From a virus (Duplodnaviria; Caudoviricetes), in IMG/VR virus record IMGVR_UViG_3300021438_000015, positions 1 through 63,666 of that record: DNA of 63,666 nt. One strand, given 5' to 3'. A program made the position numbers and the translations under genes. Under the pieces are notes generated by a model. The model was not told where the DNA came from, searched no databases, and worked only from the letters and a program-made list of their open reading frames with translations. Shown here one piece after another: positions 47,188 through 59,300 of the stretch (its first letter is position 1; the number at the start of each line of letters is the position of its first letter).

Positions 47188-48213
47188 ATGAAGCATCATG
47201 AGCGGGAGTTTTTAGTTTCTATGATAAGATCTGGGAAGGTATTTGTTACTCATAACAACATAGAATTAGAAATATGCCCACTAACACTTGATCAATCTTT
47301 TAAATCTTGTCAAATATATCAAAAGGCTTATGACAAAGCATATTCAGAAGACATAATGACAGAAGAGGATATGGATCGGTGGATGCTAGAAAATGAACTT
47401 TGGACATTACATGACGATAAAAGGCAAGAGGGTCTTAAAAAGGACATTGAAAAATTAAAAATAGAAATTTACAATGCTAGAGATAATACTATGCTAGCAA
47501 ACAATTTAAGAAAATATATACGGACCGGTGAGTCGCAACTAACATCTCACTTAAATAAAAAATATATATATCATCAAAATACTTGTGAAGGAATCGCAGC
47601 CACTGAAAGATTAACTTGGATTATAAAAAATACGACATACTTCAATGGTAAGCTCTATAATTTTGAAGAAGTGTCGTTACAATATGTTATCGATGAGTGG
47701 CAATCACATTTTATTTCAGAAAGCAAATCTAGAGAATTAGCTAGGAATGATCCTTGGAAATCACTATGGATAACAAGAGAAAATTCTGGTTCTCAATTAT
47801 TTGCTAATCCGCCAAATACTGAATTAACATATAATCAAAAAAATATTTTAATTTGGTCCCAAATGTATGATAATATTCAAGAGTCTATGGAGTGTCCAAA
47901 TAAAGAAGTAATAGAAGATGATGATATGCTTGATGGCTGGTTTATAATTCAACATCAGAAACGAGAAAAAGAAAGATCTGAAAAAGAATTTGAGAACAAT
48001 ACCAACAATGAAAAAATTAAAAATGCATCAGAAGTTTTTGTAGTTTCAACGAAAGAAAGAGCAGAAAAAATAAATAATATGAATGATATTGGAGCAAAGA
48101 TTGTTAAACAACAAAGAAAAGTTGCTCTTGATCATTATGGATCTTTAGAAGAACAAAATCTACCAGATCAAAGAAGAAATATACAGATGATGGCTAGTCA
48201 AACAAAAAGATAA
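47188..48213 (+). CDS. hypothetical protein (tail assembly region)
   Basis: 341 aa helical; YDNIQES..CP..EVIEDDDMLDGW. Confidence 0.75.
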   Translation: MKHHEREFLVSMIRSGKVFVTHNNIELEICPLTLDQSFKSCQIYQKAYDKAYSEDIMTEEDMDRWMLENELWTLHDDKRQEGLKKDIEKLKIEIYNARDNTMLANNLRKYIRTGESQLTSHLNKKYIYHQNTCEGIAATERLTWIIKNTTYFNGKLYNFEEVSLQYVIDEWQSHFISESKSRELARNDPWKSLWITRENSGSQLFANPPNTELTYNQKNILIWSQMYDNIQESMECPNKEVIEDDDMLDGWFIIQHQKREKERSEKEFENNTNNEKIKNASEVFVVSTKERAEKINNMNDIGAKIVKQQRKVALDHYGSLEEQNLPDQRRNIQMMASQTKR

Positions 48214-48225
48214 TAGGAGGACAAA

Positions 48226-48561
48226 ATGGAACCGGATTATAAGAAAGTAAGAGAATCTAAGTATAAAGCTGAATCCAAAGACAGATTATCTAAGATTCTA
48301 AAAAAGAAAATACAAACTACTATGATAGGCGCACTGAGTACCTTAGAAGAAAATTTTAGTTTTTTATGGACTAATGAATCTGGGGGACCGCTTACCAAAG
48401 ATCAAGAAATAATGAAAAACTTATACAATAAAGTTAGATCAGAAATACTTGATCGTGGAAACAATCAAGCAAGAAATATTGACGCCGAGTTAGCTCAATA
48501 TGAAATAGAGTGGACAAGATATCAAATTAAAATACCCGTAATTAACCCTAACAATCAATAA
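48226..48561 (+). CDS. hypothetical protein
   Basis: 111 aa, RBS AGGAGG. Confidence 0.8.
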   Translation: MEPDYKKVRESKYKAESKDRLSKILKKKIQTTMIGALSTLEENFSFLWTNESGGPLTKDQEIMKNLYNKVRSEILDRGNNQARNIDAELAQYEIEWTRYQIKIPVINPNNQ

Positions 48562-48573
48562 TTGGAGGAAGAT

Positions 48574-49455
48574 ATGTCACAGGAAAAGGAAAAAACATTA
48601 GACGTAACCGTAAACAATAACGGAAAAGATGAAGTTGTAAAAATCGTTGTTAAACGCCCCAGTAGTTCATTGATTTCTCAGGCGCAAAGAGTCGGAGCAA
48701 AAGCTTGGACAGATTGCGTCAGAGATGGAATTATGACTAAGAAAGAACTTGAAAAGTTCATGAAAGAGCAGGGTATTTGGGACGAAGACAAAGATGAAGA
48801 GCAAAAGAAAGTAGTCCAAGAAATCTCTGACTTAGAAAAAAGATTATATGTTAGTGGCAACGGTGGTAAAAAGCTAAAAGCGTCTGAAGGCAAAGATATT
48901 GCTATTAAGATGAGAATTAAGCGAAACGAGCTTAGAGACTTAATTGCAGAAAAGATGAGTCTTGAGCAAAATACCGCCGAATCTATCTCTGACAATGTTA
49001 GATTTGACTATTTAGTTGCTAATTGTGCCTTTTATGAAAATGGTCAGAAAGTGTATAACAGTTTAGATGATTATAAAGAGAGATCGGACGATCAGATAGC
49101 TTTTAGTGCCGCATCAGCACTAGCGGGAATGATGTATGCTATAGATAAGGATTTTGAGGCAAAACTGCCAGAAAATAAATTCCTTAAAATGTTCCATTTC
49201 GTTAATGACGATTTAAGTCTAGTAAATGATAAAGGTGAAACTGTAGATACCCAAGGTCGTAGAATAGATAAAAATGGATATTGGCTTAATGAAGAAGGTA
49301 AGAGAGTAGATAAAGACGGTAACATTCTTGACGAGAATGGAAATTATATTCCTAGTGTTGTTTATGTAGATGATCAAGACAAGGAAATTAAACCAGAAGA
49401 AGCAGAAAAACCAGCACCAAAGAAAAAGAAGTCAACAGCAACGGAAAGCGAATGA
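48574..49455 (+). CDS. putative tail assembly chaperone
   Basis: Directly upstream of tape measure; C-terminal 7-aa (V/I/L)DxxG repeats; RBS GGAGG. Confidence 0.55.
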   Translation: MSQEKEKTLDVTVNNNGKDEVVKIVVKRPSSSLISQAQRVGAKAWTDCVRDGIMTKKELEKFMKEQGIWDEDKDEEQKKVVQEISDLEKRLYVSGNGGKKLKASEGKDIAIKMRIKRNELRDLIAEKMSLEQNTAESISDNVRFDYLVANCAFYENGQKVYNSLDDYKERSDDQIAFSAASALAGMMYAIDKDFEAKLPENKFLKMFHFVNDDLSLVNDKGETVDTQGRRIDKNGYWLNEEGKRVDKDGNILDENGNYIPSVVYVDDQDKEIKPEEAEKPAPKKKKSTATESE

Positions 49456-49488
49456 GATAGAGTTGTGTGGCATCAGTAAAGGAGAATT

Positions 49489-52400
49489 ATGTCCAAATTC
49501 GTACTGACCGCACAATTACAGTTACAAGCTCCTAATAATGTTAAACAGGTTGTACAGCAAATCCAGAACCAGTTGCAAGGCGTTAACGTCAATATACAGG
49601 TTCAAGGTAGTCCACAAGCCCAAAAACAATTACAGCAAGTAACTCAACAGGCTAATCAAGCAACGTCAGCGGCGGAACGCATGGGCAAGGCTTTTGCTTT
49701 GTCCATTAGGCGTTTCGCTGCTTTTTCTATTGCTACAAGGGCGGTTGGTCTATTTACTAGCACATTAAATGATGCTGTACAGACTTCTATTGATTTTGAA
49801 AGACAATTAATTAAAGTTGCTCAAGTTACTGGTAAAAGTATTAGTCAACTTCGCGGACTAACTAAACAAATTACCAATTTATCTACCGGCTTTGGTGTAG
49901 CGTCTTCTGACTTATTAGAAGTTTCTACAGTGTTAGCACAAGCCGGTTTAAGTGCTGAAGATACTTCAGTTGCTTTAAAAACATTAGCAAAAGCCGCACT
50001 TGCTCCTAACTTTGATAGTATTAGTGAAACAGCAGAAGGTGCTATTGCTATTTTAGCACAATTCCAAGAGGGTGTTGGAGCTTTAGAAAAACAACTTGGT
50101 TCTATTAATGCCGTTGCTGGTGCATTTGCTGTTGAAGCTAGCGATTTAATCGATGTTGTTCGTAGAACAGGTGGTGTGTTCAAATCATCTGGTGGTAATT
50201 TAAATGAATTGCTTGCGTTATTTACCTCAGTAAGAGCAACAACGCGAGAAAGTGCTGAGAGTATTGGTACTGGTTTACGTACTATTTTCACTCGTATTCA
50301 GCGTCCTAAAACTATTGAATTCTTAAAACAATTTGGTGTTGAATTAGTTGATTTAAATGGTAAGTTCGTAGGTCCATATGAAGCTATTAAAAAGTTAAGT
50401 GAAGCCCTAAGTGGACTAGGTGAAGGCGATCTTACTTTTATTAGTATAGCTGAAGAACTTGGTGGATTCCGACAGATTGGTAAAGTTCTTCCGCTTTTAC
50501 AACAATTTTCTACCGCTCAATCCGCACTAAATGTTGCGATGAAAGCCGGTGACTCCTTAACTCAAGATGCTGCATCAGCACAGGCGGCACTTGCTATTAG
50601 AATAATGAAAGTTAAGGAAGAATTCTTAGCTTTAATTCGTAGTGTTACAGAAACATCTACTTTTCAAGTGATGGCCAATACTGCTCTTTCATTAGCATCA
50701 GCACTTATTAAGATTGGCGATGCTATTAAACCATTACTTCCAATGTTAGCCGCTTTAGCAGCTTTTAAATTAGTAAAGGGTATGGGAGGTTTTTTTGGTG
50801 GGATGATGAGCGGTGCTACTTCTGGTAGAACCTACAATAAAGGTGGTAAAGTTCTTGGTTTTGCTAGGGGCGGCTTAGTTCCCGGTACTGGTAATAGTGA
50901 CACTGTTCCAGCAATGCTATCCCCCGGCGAGTTTGTTATACGAAAGAGTAGTGTTAATAAGATGGGTGCTGATACTCTCGCGGCGATGAATAGTAATCGA
51001 TATGCATATGGCGGTAAGGCCAGAACATTTGGTATAGCAGCACTAGATGGAACACAAGATAGTAAATCTGCTAATATTCCCATTTCAGCTATACGCGAAA
51101 AACTTGGAATTAATACTGACAAAGCTGGTAACAAAAATCTTGATATGGTCATACGTGGGGTTTTGGGATCCAAGGGGTCTGACTTAAATGTTACAGCGAA
51201 ATCAGATACTGTAACATTAAATGATCCCGGCATCAAAGATGCTATATACAATAATATTAAAAGTCAAATGTATGGATTAATAACTAGTTCAGCTACAGCT
51301 TTAAGTAATGGGACTGGAATCCCTATGAGAAAGCGATCAATTAATCCTAATAAAGTTCTTGCTAAAGTTGGAACGGATTCTACTATTGGTAGCGTTTTTG
51401 AGGGGGCATTAGGATTATTGGGAGGACCATTCTCTGCTGGAAAATCTACTGCTGCTATTGATTATCCAAGAGGTCTTGGGAAAATGGCTTCCGCATTTTC
51501 ATCATTAGCTAATATGCCGGTAGATGCTAAAAAAACAGCAGACTCTAAAAAAATTAGTGAGATGTTAAATAAAAAAATTCCTAACTTTTTTGCAGAATTT
51601 ATTAAACGTTCTCCACAATATGCAAGTTTTAAAAGTCAACTAAACCAAGGTAAATTAGATAAGCTCAAGGGTAGAGAATTTGATTTAACGGAATATCAAA
51701 GAGTCACCGGAAACTCAAAAGCTACATTGTCTGATCTTAGCGGGATTGCTAGTCTTTCTCGCAAGTCTGGACAAAGACAACTTTTTAGACTTGCTGAAAA
51801 GTTTGCAGACGGCGGTGAAGTAGTACAGCAAGGAACTCAAAAATATTTAGCTTCTGATGTTGTTAAAGCAATGAGAGAATTGCAAAACAATCCATCTTTA
51901 AGCGAAAAGGATGCTATTGATTTATTTACTTCCCGAGGCGCAAATGGAGACTTTATATATACTAACTGGGGTGGAAAAGGTAGCATTAAACCACCTAAGT
52001 GGCTTGCACCATATAAACCTCCAGCATCTGCGGCTTATAGTGCTTGGGAACAGGCTCAAGCTGATCGCCAAAATCGTATAGCTGATGCTATGCAGAAACA
52101 AGGTAGGGCGATGCGTGATTATGAAGGTCAAACTTCTGATCAAAAAGAATTTTTAGCATCTAGAGGGCTTGGTTATAGACGTAAAAGGTATGCTACTGGA
52201 GGTGGAGTTGGTACAGATACCGTCCCCGCCCTTTTGACTCCCGGCGAGTTTGTCATTAATCGCGCATCTGCACAAAGAATTGGTTATAACAATCTTCATA
52301 GAATGAATAAAGTTGGTAAATATGCTACAGGTGGAGTTGTTCAGCGTTTTGCTTCTGGTGGAACACCTACCGCATCTTCCTTTCAATCTAACATAAGGTC

Positions 52401-55400
52401 TGCTGCTAATACTGGTGCTATAGAAAAAGATATTGCAGATCTTTCTAAAAGTATAAAAATAACTAAAACAAGAATAGATGCTTATAACCCAGCTATTCAA
52501 CACCATACTGACACAGTTGATAAATTATATAAAGATTCTGCTAAATTAGATATTCAATTAAGTAAATATAATACAGAACTAATTAGATTAGCTAATCAGC
52601 AAGGCAAAGCTACCGCAACTGGCACGGCAGCAAATAGAATTCTAGACCTAAAGATGAAGGCTGAGACAGAAGCTATTAGAGTAGAACAGCTAGCTTTACA
52701 AGAAGAACAAAAATTAACAAATATTAAAAAACAGCAAGAGCAACTTATACAACAACAAAATCAACAGTTAGCACAAAAAAGTCAATTAGCCGCCCAAGCA
52801 AAACAGCAAAAACAAGCTGCTACTAATGCTATAGGTTCTACCTTACAGGGCGGTACTCAGTCTAGCTTAGTTGATGTAAATGCTAAAGGTAAAGCAATAG
52901 TAAGACAAAATAGAAAAGATGCTGCCAGAAGTGCATCTTCGTTTGGGGGAGGCGGAAATCCCATTAAAGATATAGGTGGTGCTGCAATTGCAGTGTCAAT
53001 GGTTACAGCGTCTTTACAAGCTATGTTACCACCTCTTGATGAAAATTCATCTACGCTTACACAGTTATCACACTCTTTTCTTGGATTAATAACAACATTA
53101 TCTGGAGTAGCATTTGCTTTACAATCTTTTGGAGTCACGCTAAAAGCCCAATCAGCCATAAAATTTTTGAGTGGAGGCGGGTTAAGTGCTGACGGTATAC
53201 AGTCTGTGTTTAATGCAGTAAAAGGTATGGGTGGCAGCACAAACTTGGCTGGAAATATTGCTGGCGTTGCAAATAGTTTTGCTAAAATGCTTGGACCTAC
53301 AATTGCTATTGTCGGTGGTTTAACTATTTTAAAAATGGCTGTTGATAATGTATCAGAATATTTTAATAGATTTGAAGAAAAAAAACAAGCAGCAATTCAA
53401 AAGGGTGACATCGAAACAGCAGGAAAAGTGGCTGGATCCCAAGCAAGAAATGCCACATCTATAAGTGGAACATTTGCTGGTGGGGCTATTGGAACAATAA
53501 TTGGTGGAATTGCTGGCATGTTTGCTGGACCCGGTGGAGCAATCATAGGTGCAAAAATAGGCGCAAGCGTTGGATCACTTGTCGGAGCAATAACAGAAGA
53601 CTTTTTTGCTGGTGGATTAGTAGAAGAAGCATCAAACACAGCAATGGCTTTTGCTGCTAATAGTAAGGCTTCTAAAGATTTAGCAAAAGCTCAAAGCGAT
53701 GCAGCTTTAGCAGCAGAGAAATTTAAGAATGGAACTATTTCAGCGGATGAATATTTAAATACATTTTCACAATCTGCAAAATCTATTTCTGAGAGCAAAC
53801 AATATGCAGATAAAGTTACTAAGCAATCTACTGAAAACAGATCTACAGGATTTGGAGCTTTGGGTCGAGACATAGTAACTGGACTTGGTGGCGGACTTAT
53901 GGGAATGGAATGGTCTTCTACAAGAAATAAGCGTTTATCTCAAGAGGGAATCGATGTTGTAAAAACACAAAGGGAGAATGAAAGTAAGTTATTTGATTCA
54001 AGCACTGAAGCTAGAAATGCTGTTATTAGAAGCACTATAGCTAGAGGCGGATCAATTGAAGACGCTCAGAAAAAAGTAAAAGAAAAAACTGGATTCGATG
54101 CCGAAGATATGAGAAGGCGAGCTTCTACTCTTGGCTTCCAAGCAGAAAGAGCCAGACAGTCTGGTGATGCTAAATTAGCTGGTGAATTAGATACTCAATC
54201 TCAAGGATTATTTGCTCAAGCAAATCAATTAGAAGATTCATTTGAAAATTTAGAAAAAGAAGTAAGACGCGCTAAAGAATCATATGATGCTATGAATCTC
54301 GGCCTCCGTTCAGCTTCTGCTACCGCATCTGCATTATCGGCAAGTATGGATCATTTCTCTTCTGGTCTTGAGGTCGGCGGATCTCAATTTGTGAACGATG
54401 TTGAGTTCTTACAACAAGCTATGAGTAGTTCTGCTCAAGCTATGGATCCAGCAGAAATCAAGAGTGCAGTAAAGGGTGTATCTGATAATCTTAGACAGTT
54501 TGGATCTTCTGAAGAATACATAAAGAAATTTGAGGGAAATGTTGCTGCTTTTACTCAGGCTCAAGGTAATTATAACAAGGCTTTTGACAATATTAAAAAA
54601 TCAATGGCGGATAAGGACTTTAAGAATTTAAGTCCAGATGATCTTAAAAAGAAATTTGCTGAAGAATTGACTAATGGTATGGGTAAAGACGTTTCTGAAG
54701 AAGCCAAGAAAAATTTGAAAGCTGTTATTAATGGTATGGAATTAGACAGTGGCGATGTAGACAAGATCATGGCCGGTGATCTTAGTGTTTTTGGAGACAA
54801 ATTATCAGAAGCTCAAAAGAAAATGCTTGAAGATGTTCAGAAAATTGCTCAAGAACGAGCAAAAGCTGAACAAGTACTAATTGACTTTACTAAGAAAAGA
54901 ATTGATGCAGAAAGAAATTTAGTTCAAGCACAGCAAGAAGCTCTTGATCTTGTGATGGAAGGTCGAGAAATTCAAGGTAAATATGGTGGCGCAGCAGTAA
55001 CTAATGAAGAAAGAAAACAAAATCTTCTAGCTAAGTCTAACGTTGAAAGCAATAGGCTTGGTTTGACCGCTATGAGAACTGGCGATGTTGGAGACTTAAG
55101 AAGAAGAAATGCTGAATTGAAGGGAAATTTTGCGGCAATAGAAGCTAGAAGAAGTCAACAGGGTGGTATGCAAGGGCAAGCTGGAGTTATGGCAGATGAA
55201 GAATCTAAGGATTTACAGAAAGCCTACAAAACTCAAATTGAAACAATAAGGGGATTAATCAAGCTAGAAGAAGAACAATTAAAGATTACTCAAGAAAAGA
55301 ATAAACTTGAGAAAGAATCTATGGAATCTCTTATCAAGGGAGATGTAGAAGAATTCTTTAAGAAACAATCTGCCGCTGGTGCCACAGCCGCTATCGCTAG

Positions 55401-56343
55401 TGGTGATCAAAGATTAATGAATTTATATGGTGGAGAAGCTCTTGGTACAGCTTATCAAGATATTCAACGACAACAAGATGCTGGAGTTCAAACTTTATAT
55501 GGTCAACAGCTTGCTGGCCCCGGCGGTTTGACTGAAGCCGCTGCAAATGCAGCACTTTCTTCTAGAGGTATCAATGACATGAGAGCCGCACAAGTGATGG
55601 CCGGAACTACTCCAGAGGAAGAAGCTAGCAAGGCTAGACTAAGAGAACTTGGTGGGGTATTAGGAGATACTGGTCAACTTGGGGCAGAAATGGCAGAAAT
55701 GCAAGTGCAAACTGCTACTATAAATGTAAATAGCGCACAATTAAAATTTAGCGAAGTTATGAATAGAGGAAATGAAAAAGCCAAGGAAGCACAAAATATA
55801 GAAAATCAAAAAGCAAATGGTATGTCTAGGGGAGGTCCGGTATATGCAAGTCGTGGTATTTTTGTGCCTCGCGGAACTGATACTATTCCAGCCATGTTAA
55901 CCCCCGGTGAATTTGTAGTAAATAGGGCGGCTGTTCAAAGGGATAATAATTTAAGTATATTACAAGCGATGAATAATGGCTCTGGAAGTGTATCTAATGA
56001 TAGCGGCGCAGTATTAATGGCCCGTGGAGGCATGGTGAGATATAGAAGTGCTGGCAGTTCAAATCCAGAATCACCAGCATCTGGCGGTATGTTTGAAAAT
56101 ATGTCTAAGTTTGTTACAGCAATTTCTAATTTTAATTCAGATTTATCTTCTAATATTGACAAACTTGGAAATACTAAAATCAGTATTAAATTAGATTCAA
56201 CAAGTGTAAGCATCAACCTAAATGATGGCGGATTATTAAAGGCTCTTACATCTCAAGTTAAACAAGAAATATTTAATTTAGTAAAGACTAGATTAGTTGC
56301 TGGAGAAGGTGGAAGACTAAGGGAAAACGCTGGTGTAATATGA
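49489..56343 (+). CDS. tape measure protein (TP901-like core) with internal modules
   Basis: 2284 aa, Ala/Gln-rich helical; RESAESIGTGLRTIFTRI core; three DT(V/I)PAxL(S/T)PGEFV motifs. Confidence 0.92.
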   Translation: MSKFVLTAQLQLQAPNNVKQVVQQIQNQLQGVNVNIQVQGSPQAQKQLQQVTQQANQATSAAERMGKAFALSIRRFAAFSIATRAVGLFTSTLNDAVQTSIDFERQLIKVAQVTGKSISQLRGLTKQITNLSTGFGVASSDLLEVSTVLAQAGLSAEDTSVALKTLAKAALAPNFDSISETAEGAIAILAQFQEGVGALEKQLGSINAVAGAFAVEASDLIDVVRRTGGVFKSSGGNLNELLALFTSVRATTRESAESIGTGLRTIFTRIQRPKTIEFLKQFGVELVDLNGKFVGPYEAIKKLSEALSGLGEGDLTFISIAEELGGFRQIGKVLPLLQQFSTAQSALNVAMKAGDSLTQDAASAQAALAIRIMKVKEEFLALIRSVTETSTFQVMANTALSLASALIKIGDAIKPLLPMLAALAAFKLVKGMGGFFGGMMSGATSGRTYNKGGKVLGFARGGLVPGTGNSDTVPAMLSPGEFVIRKSSVNKMGADTLAAMNSNRYAYGGKARTFGIAALDGTQDSKSANIPISAIREKLGINTDKAGNKNLDMVIRGVLGSKGSDLNVTAKSDTVTLNDPGIKDAIYNNIKSQMYGLITSSATALSNGTGIPMRKRSINPNKVLAKVGTDSTIGSVFEGALGLLGGPFSAGKSTAAIDYPRGLGKMASAFSSLANMPVDAKKTADSKKISEMLNKKIPNFFAEFIKRSPQYASFKSQLNQGKLDKLKGREFDLTEYQRVTGNSKATLSDLSGIASLSRKSGQRQLFRLAEKFADGGEVVQQGTQKYLASDVVKAMRELQNNPSLSEKDAIDLFTSRGANGDFIYTNWGGKGSIKPPKWLAPYKPPASAAYSAWEQAQADRQNRIADAMQKQGRAMRDYEGQTSDQKEFLASRGLGYRRKRYATGGGVGTDTVPALLTPGEFVINRASAQRIGYNNLHRMNKVGKYATGGVVQRFASGGTPTASSFQSNIRSAANTGAIEKDIADLSKSIKITKTRIDAYNPAIQHHTDTVDKLYKDSAKLDIQLSKYNTELIRLANQQGKATATGTAANRILDLKMKAETEAIRVEQLALQEEQKLTNIKKQQEQLIQQQNQQLAQKSQLAAQAKQQKQAATNAIGSTLQGGTQSSLVDVNAKGKAIVRQNRKDAARSASSFGGGGNPIKDIGGAAIAVSMVTASLQAMLPPLDENSSTLTQLSHSFLGLITTLSGVAFALQSFGVTLKAQSAIKFLSGGGLSADGIQSVFNAVKGMGGSTNLAGNIAGVANSFAKMLGPTIAIVGGLTILKMAVDNVSEYFNRFEEKKQAAIQKGDIETAGKVAGSQARNATSISGTFAGGAIGTIIGGIAGMFAGPGGAIIGAKIGASVGSLVGAITEDFFAGGLVEEASNTAMAFAANSKASKDLAKAQSDAALAAEKFKNGTISADEYLNTFSQSAKSISESKQYADKVTKQSTENRSTGFGALGRDIVTGLGGGLMGMEWSSTRNKRLSQEGIDVVKTQRENESKLFDSSTEARNAVIRSTIARGGSIEDAQKKVKEKTGFDAEDMRRRASTLGFQAERARQSGDAKLAGELDTQSQGLFAQANQLEDSFENLEKEVRRAKESYDAMNLGLRSASATASALSASMDHFSSGLEVGGSQFVNDVEFLQQAMSSSAQAMDPAEIKSAVKGVSDNLRQFGSSEEYIKKFEGNVAAFTQAQGNYNKAFDNIKKSMADKDFKNLSPDDLKKKFAEELTNGMGKDVSEEAKKNLKAVINGMELDSGDVDKIMAGDLSVFGDKLSEAQKKMLEDVQKIAQERAKAEQVLIDFTKKRIDAERNLVQAQQEALDLVMEGREIQGKYGGAAVTNEERKQNLLAKSNVESNRLGLTAMRTGDVGDLRRRNAELKGNFAAIEARRSQQGGMQGQAGVMADEESKDLQKAYKTQIETIRGLIKLEEEQLKITQEKNKLEKESMESLIKGDVEEFFKKQSAAGATAAIASGDQRLMNLYGGEALGTAYQDIQRQQDAGVQTLYGQQLAGPGGLTEAAANAALSSRGINDMRAAQVMAGTTPEEEASKARLRELGGVLGDTGQLGAEMAEMQVQTATINVNSAQLKFSEVMNRGNEKAKEAQNIENQKANGMSRGGPVYASRGIFVPRGTDTIPAMLTPGEFVVNRAAVQRDNNLSILQAMNNGSGSVSNDSGAVLMARGGMVRYRSAGSSNPESPASGGMFENMSKFVTAISNFNSDLSSNIDKLGNTKISIKLDSTSVSINLNDGGLLKALTSQVKQEIFNLVKTRLVAGEGGRLRENAGVI

Positions 56344-59300
56344 GCTTGACATTATGTAGTTCTAATGAAAAAGTTAGACTAAGTGGTGATAGTCGCCTAG
56401 TAGGAAAACTATCATTTACTAGTAATAATTTTTCAGTTCGACTATCTTCAATAGGAAGTATCAAGCCAAAAGCAACTATTTATAGAGATTTAAAAGTATC
56501 ATTACCATCGAATCCCACCTTTATTGCTAATGAAAGTGTTGATTTTTCTCTCAAGAGAGAACTTTTAGAAATTGGTGCTGGCAATATCCGTGGATATAAT
56601 TCTTGTAGTCTAGGATCAAGTGTAAGAACATCAGCCATATCTAATTTTAAAAGCTCTTTTACTGATAAATTTTCTGGCTATAGACCAAACTTTATTGCTT
56701 ATGAAAAGTTATATCCACTTCAAGACATATCATTCAAGAGCAAGTTTACCAATAGGAACATAAATGTTTATAAAATAGAGAATAATCTATTTAGTCCTAC
56801 TAATATATATAGTAGTATTGATGAAGGCGTTTTTACTGGAAACTATACCGACAATGGCAAACTTGGCTCTGTAGTATCAGATGATTCAAAATCATTTGCA
56901 CTTACCTTTAGAGTTTTTGCGTCTGGAGATATTCAATATAAATTTCGGGTTGCAAAACCAACATCTGTGGCTAAATTAAGTTATTTAGCTATTAGAGCAT
57001 CTGCCCCCTTTGACAATTATGCTCAAAAGAAACCGCAGCAATATAAAATATATGATATCAAATTTGAAGATCCAAGCGGTAATTTAATTATTCAATATGA
57101 AGATATATCAATACGCGGCGATAGTTATTATACTACATATTTATCTAAACCATTAGTCAATAATTTGCTGTTACCAACTTGGGATAGTAAATATCCCTTG
57201 ATGGATACAAATGGTTTTTATACTTTGACACTTAACATGTCATTTGATTGTAATGCTTATCCATTTACTAGTAATTTTGATACTGGATATGAGCAAACAT
57301 GTATAATTAATTCAAACATTTTAAGTCCAAATCCATTTATTAGTTTAAATATATCTGCACTTGAAATCGGCAGTAGTGGAGGAGTTGGGATTTTAAGAGA
57401 TAATTATCTTGCTCTATCTTTGAAGGCTCAAGAAAAATCTCAAAGAGAAAAAAGAACTTTATTGCCAACGCAGTTATTTACATATGATTTTGACAATGGT
57501 ATATATCCACAAGCTAGCAGCATATGGCAATCGACCGCGAATGAAATAATCTATAATAACACTATTTCATCTGATACTAGCGTTCTTTTAGGTAAAATCA
57601 GAAATGATGATCTCAGTCAATACATCAGCCTATTAGACTCTTTACCAGTTCAAAATAGTGGTAGATTAATTTTAAAATTTAATACTAAACCAGACCGTGA
57701 AGCATATGATGATTATGTTGGTGGCGCATTTAGGTTTGGAGGTTCTTCACAGTTTAATGATGCAAACTTAGTCAATTATCTACACAATGACAATTTTTTT
57801 GATATAGATACCTTGGAATTAAAAGTAATAGCGCGTAAGAAATCTGGAAGTCCAGATTATCCAATAGATGTCGTTGGTTACAGTGATGATAAATTGCTAA
57901 ATATAACACCAGCCATTGGTGGATTTTTGCAAAATAGTGGTGCTTTTGATTTTGATAGTAATCAAATGCCAGATTCATCTGGCTTTTTATCAAATACCTT
58001 TGGCATATCAGATAGTTCTTTATCTGATCAGTCTCAATATTTTCAAAGAGATATTGGCGATCACTATGCTTTTAATAACAGTCCAATTGTAGATAGTACT
58101 ACTTTTAAAGAGTATACAATACCATTACAGATATATCAAAATCCAAATAAGCTTGGATATACAAGATATTCTATCAGTTCATTTTTTGAAAATCTATATT
58201 TAGATATTTCTCCAATTTCTAGCGGTGCAGATATATGTAATGTTAAATTAAATGTATATTATAAACCAGCAAATGCTATTATGATGCATGTCTTGGGAAG
58301 CCCTCAAAATAAAAATGCTACTAGAAAAAATATTACTTTATTGCCAGCTTCAAATTATAATGAGAATCAAGTAAATACAAGTATAAAATTAAGTGGTATA
58401 CTAACTGGTTTATCTACTCCAAATTATATAAAATCTAATTACTCAAGGAGGTGGAGGGGTAATGATGGTAGAATCTTCTCAGGTGGAGACTTTAGCACAG
58501 AATCCTTTGATTTTTCTTTCAACCATAAACAAGCTATAAATCCATTTAAAACTTCGTACATAGACTTTAAAAACGTTGTTGAGGATAATGTATTTTCTTC
58601 AAATGGTGCTTTGGCTGGACAGTCTGACAATGACTTCAATATTCTTTCTAACTTTGGTTGGAGATATTCATCTAGCCAATTATTTCTTGGCACCACCACT
58701 CCATATAAATCTATAGCTTGGAGAAATAACATATTTGATGCCTTCGACCGAGCCGCTAGAATATCATCAGAAGACAAATTTGAAGTATATAATTTTAATA
58801 ATGATTCATTCACAAATTATGGAGATTCATCTAAAAATTTTGGTTTTGCTTTGTTTATTAGATTTACTCCAGATCAAGTTTCTGATTTATTGATAAATAA
58901 TCATTTGATTCTTTGCTATGAAAATTTTAGCACTTGGTCATTAGTTCTTATTTGTGAAAATGGCGAATTAAAATTAAAAGTTAAAGACTCTAACGACAAC
59001 ATAGTTACTATAAGCGATAGTAGGGGAATACTAGACTATCAATTCCCATTACCAATACTTATAACATATAATGATGATAATACATATAAATTTAAGCTAT
59101 ATACAGACAACGAATTATTTACTTTATTTAATAATTTAAGAGCAACATCACCATCAATAAATTCGACAAAAGTAATAACTGGCGCAACTTTGAAAGTTGG
59201 CCACTCTAGCACTTATACATCTCTACAACCATTGCCTATGTTTGTGCATGAGATAGGAATATCAAATGGTTCATGTAATATAGCAGAGTTTATAAACCCC

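Noticed and set aside
48574-49488. Programmed frameshift in the tail chaperone
   Set aside because: No convincing slippery heptamer, and only 33 bp separate the stop from the TMP start
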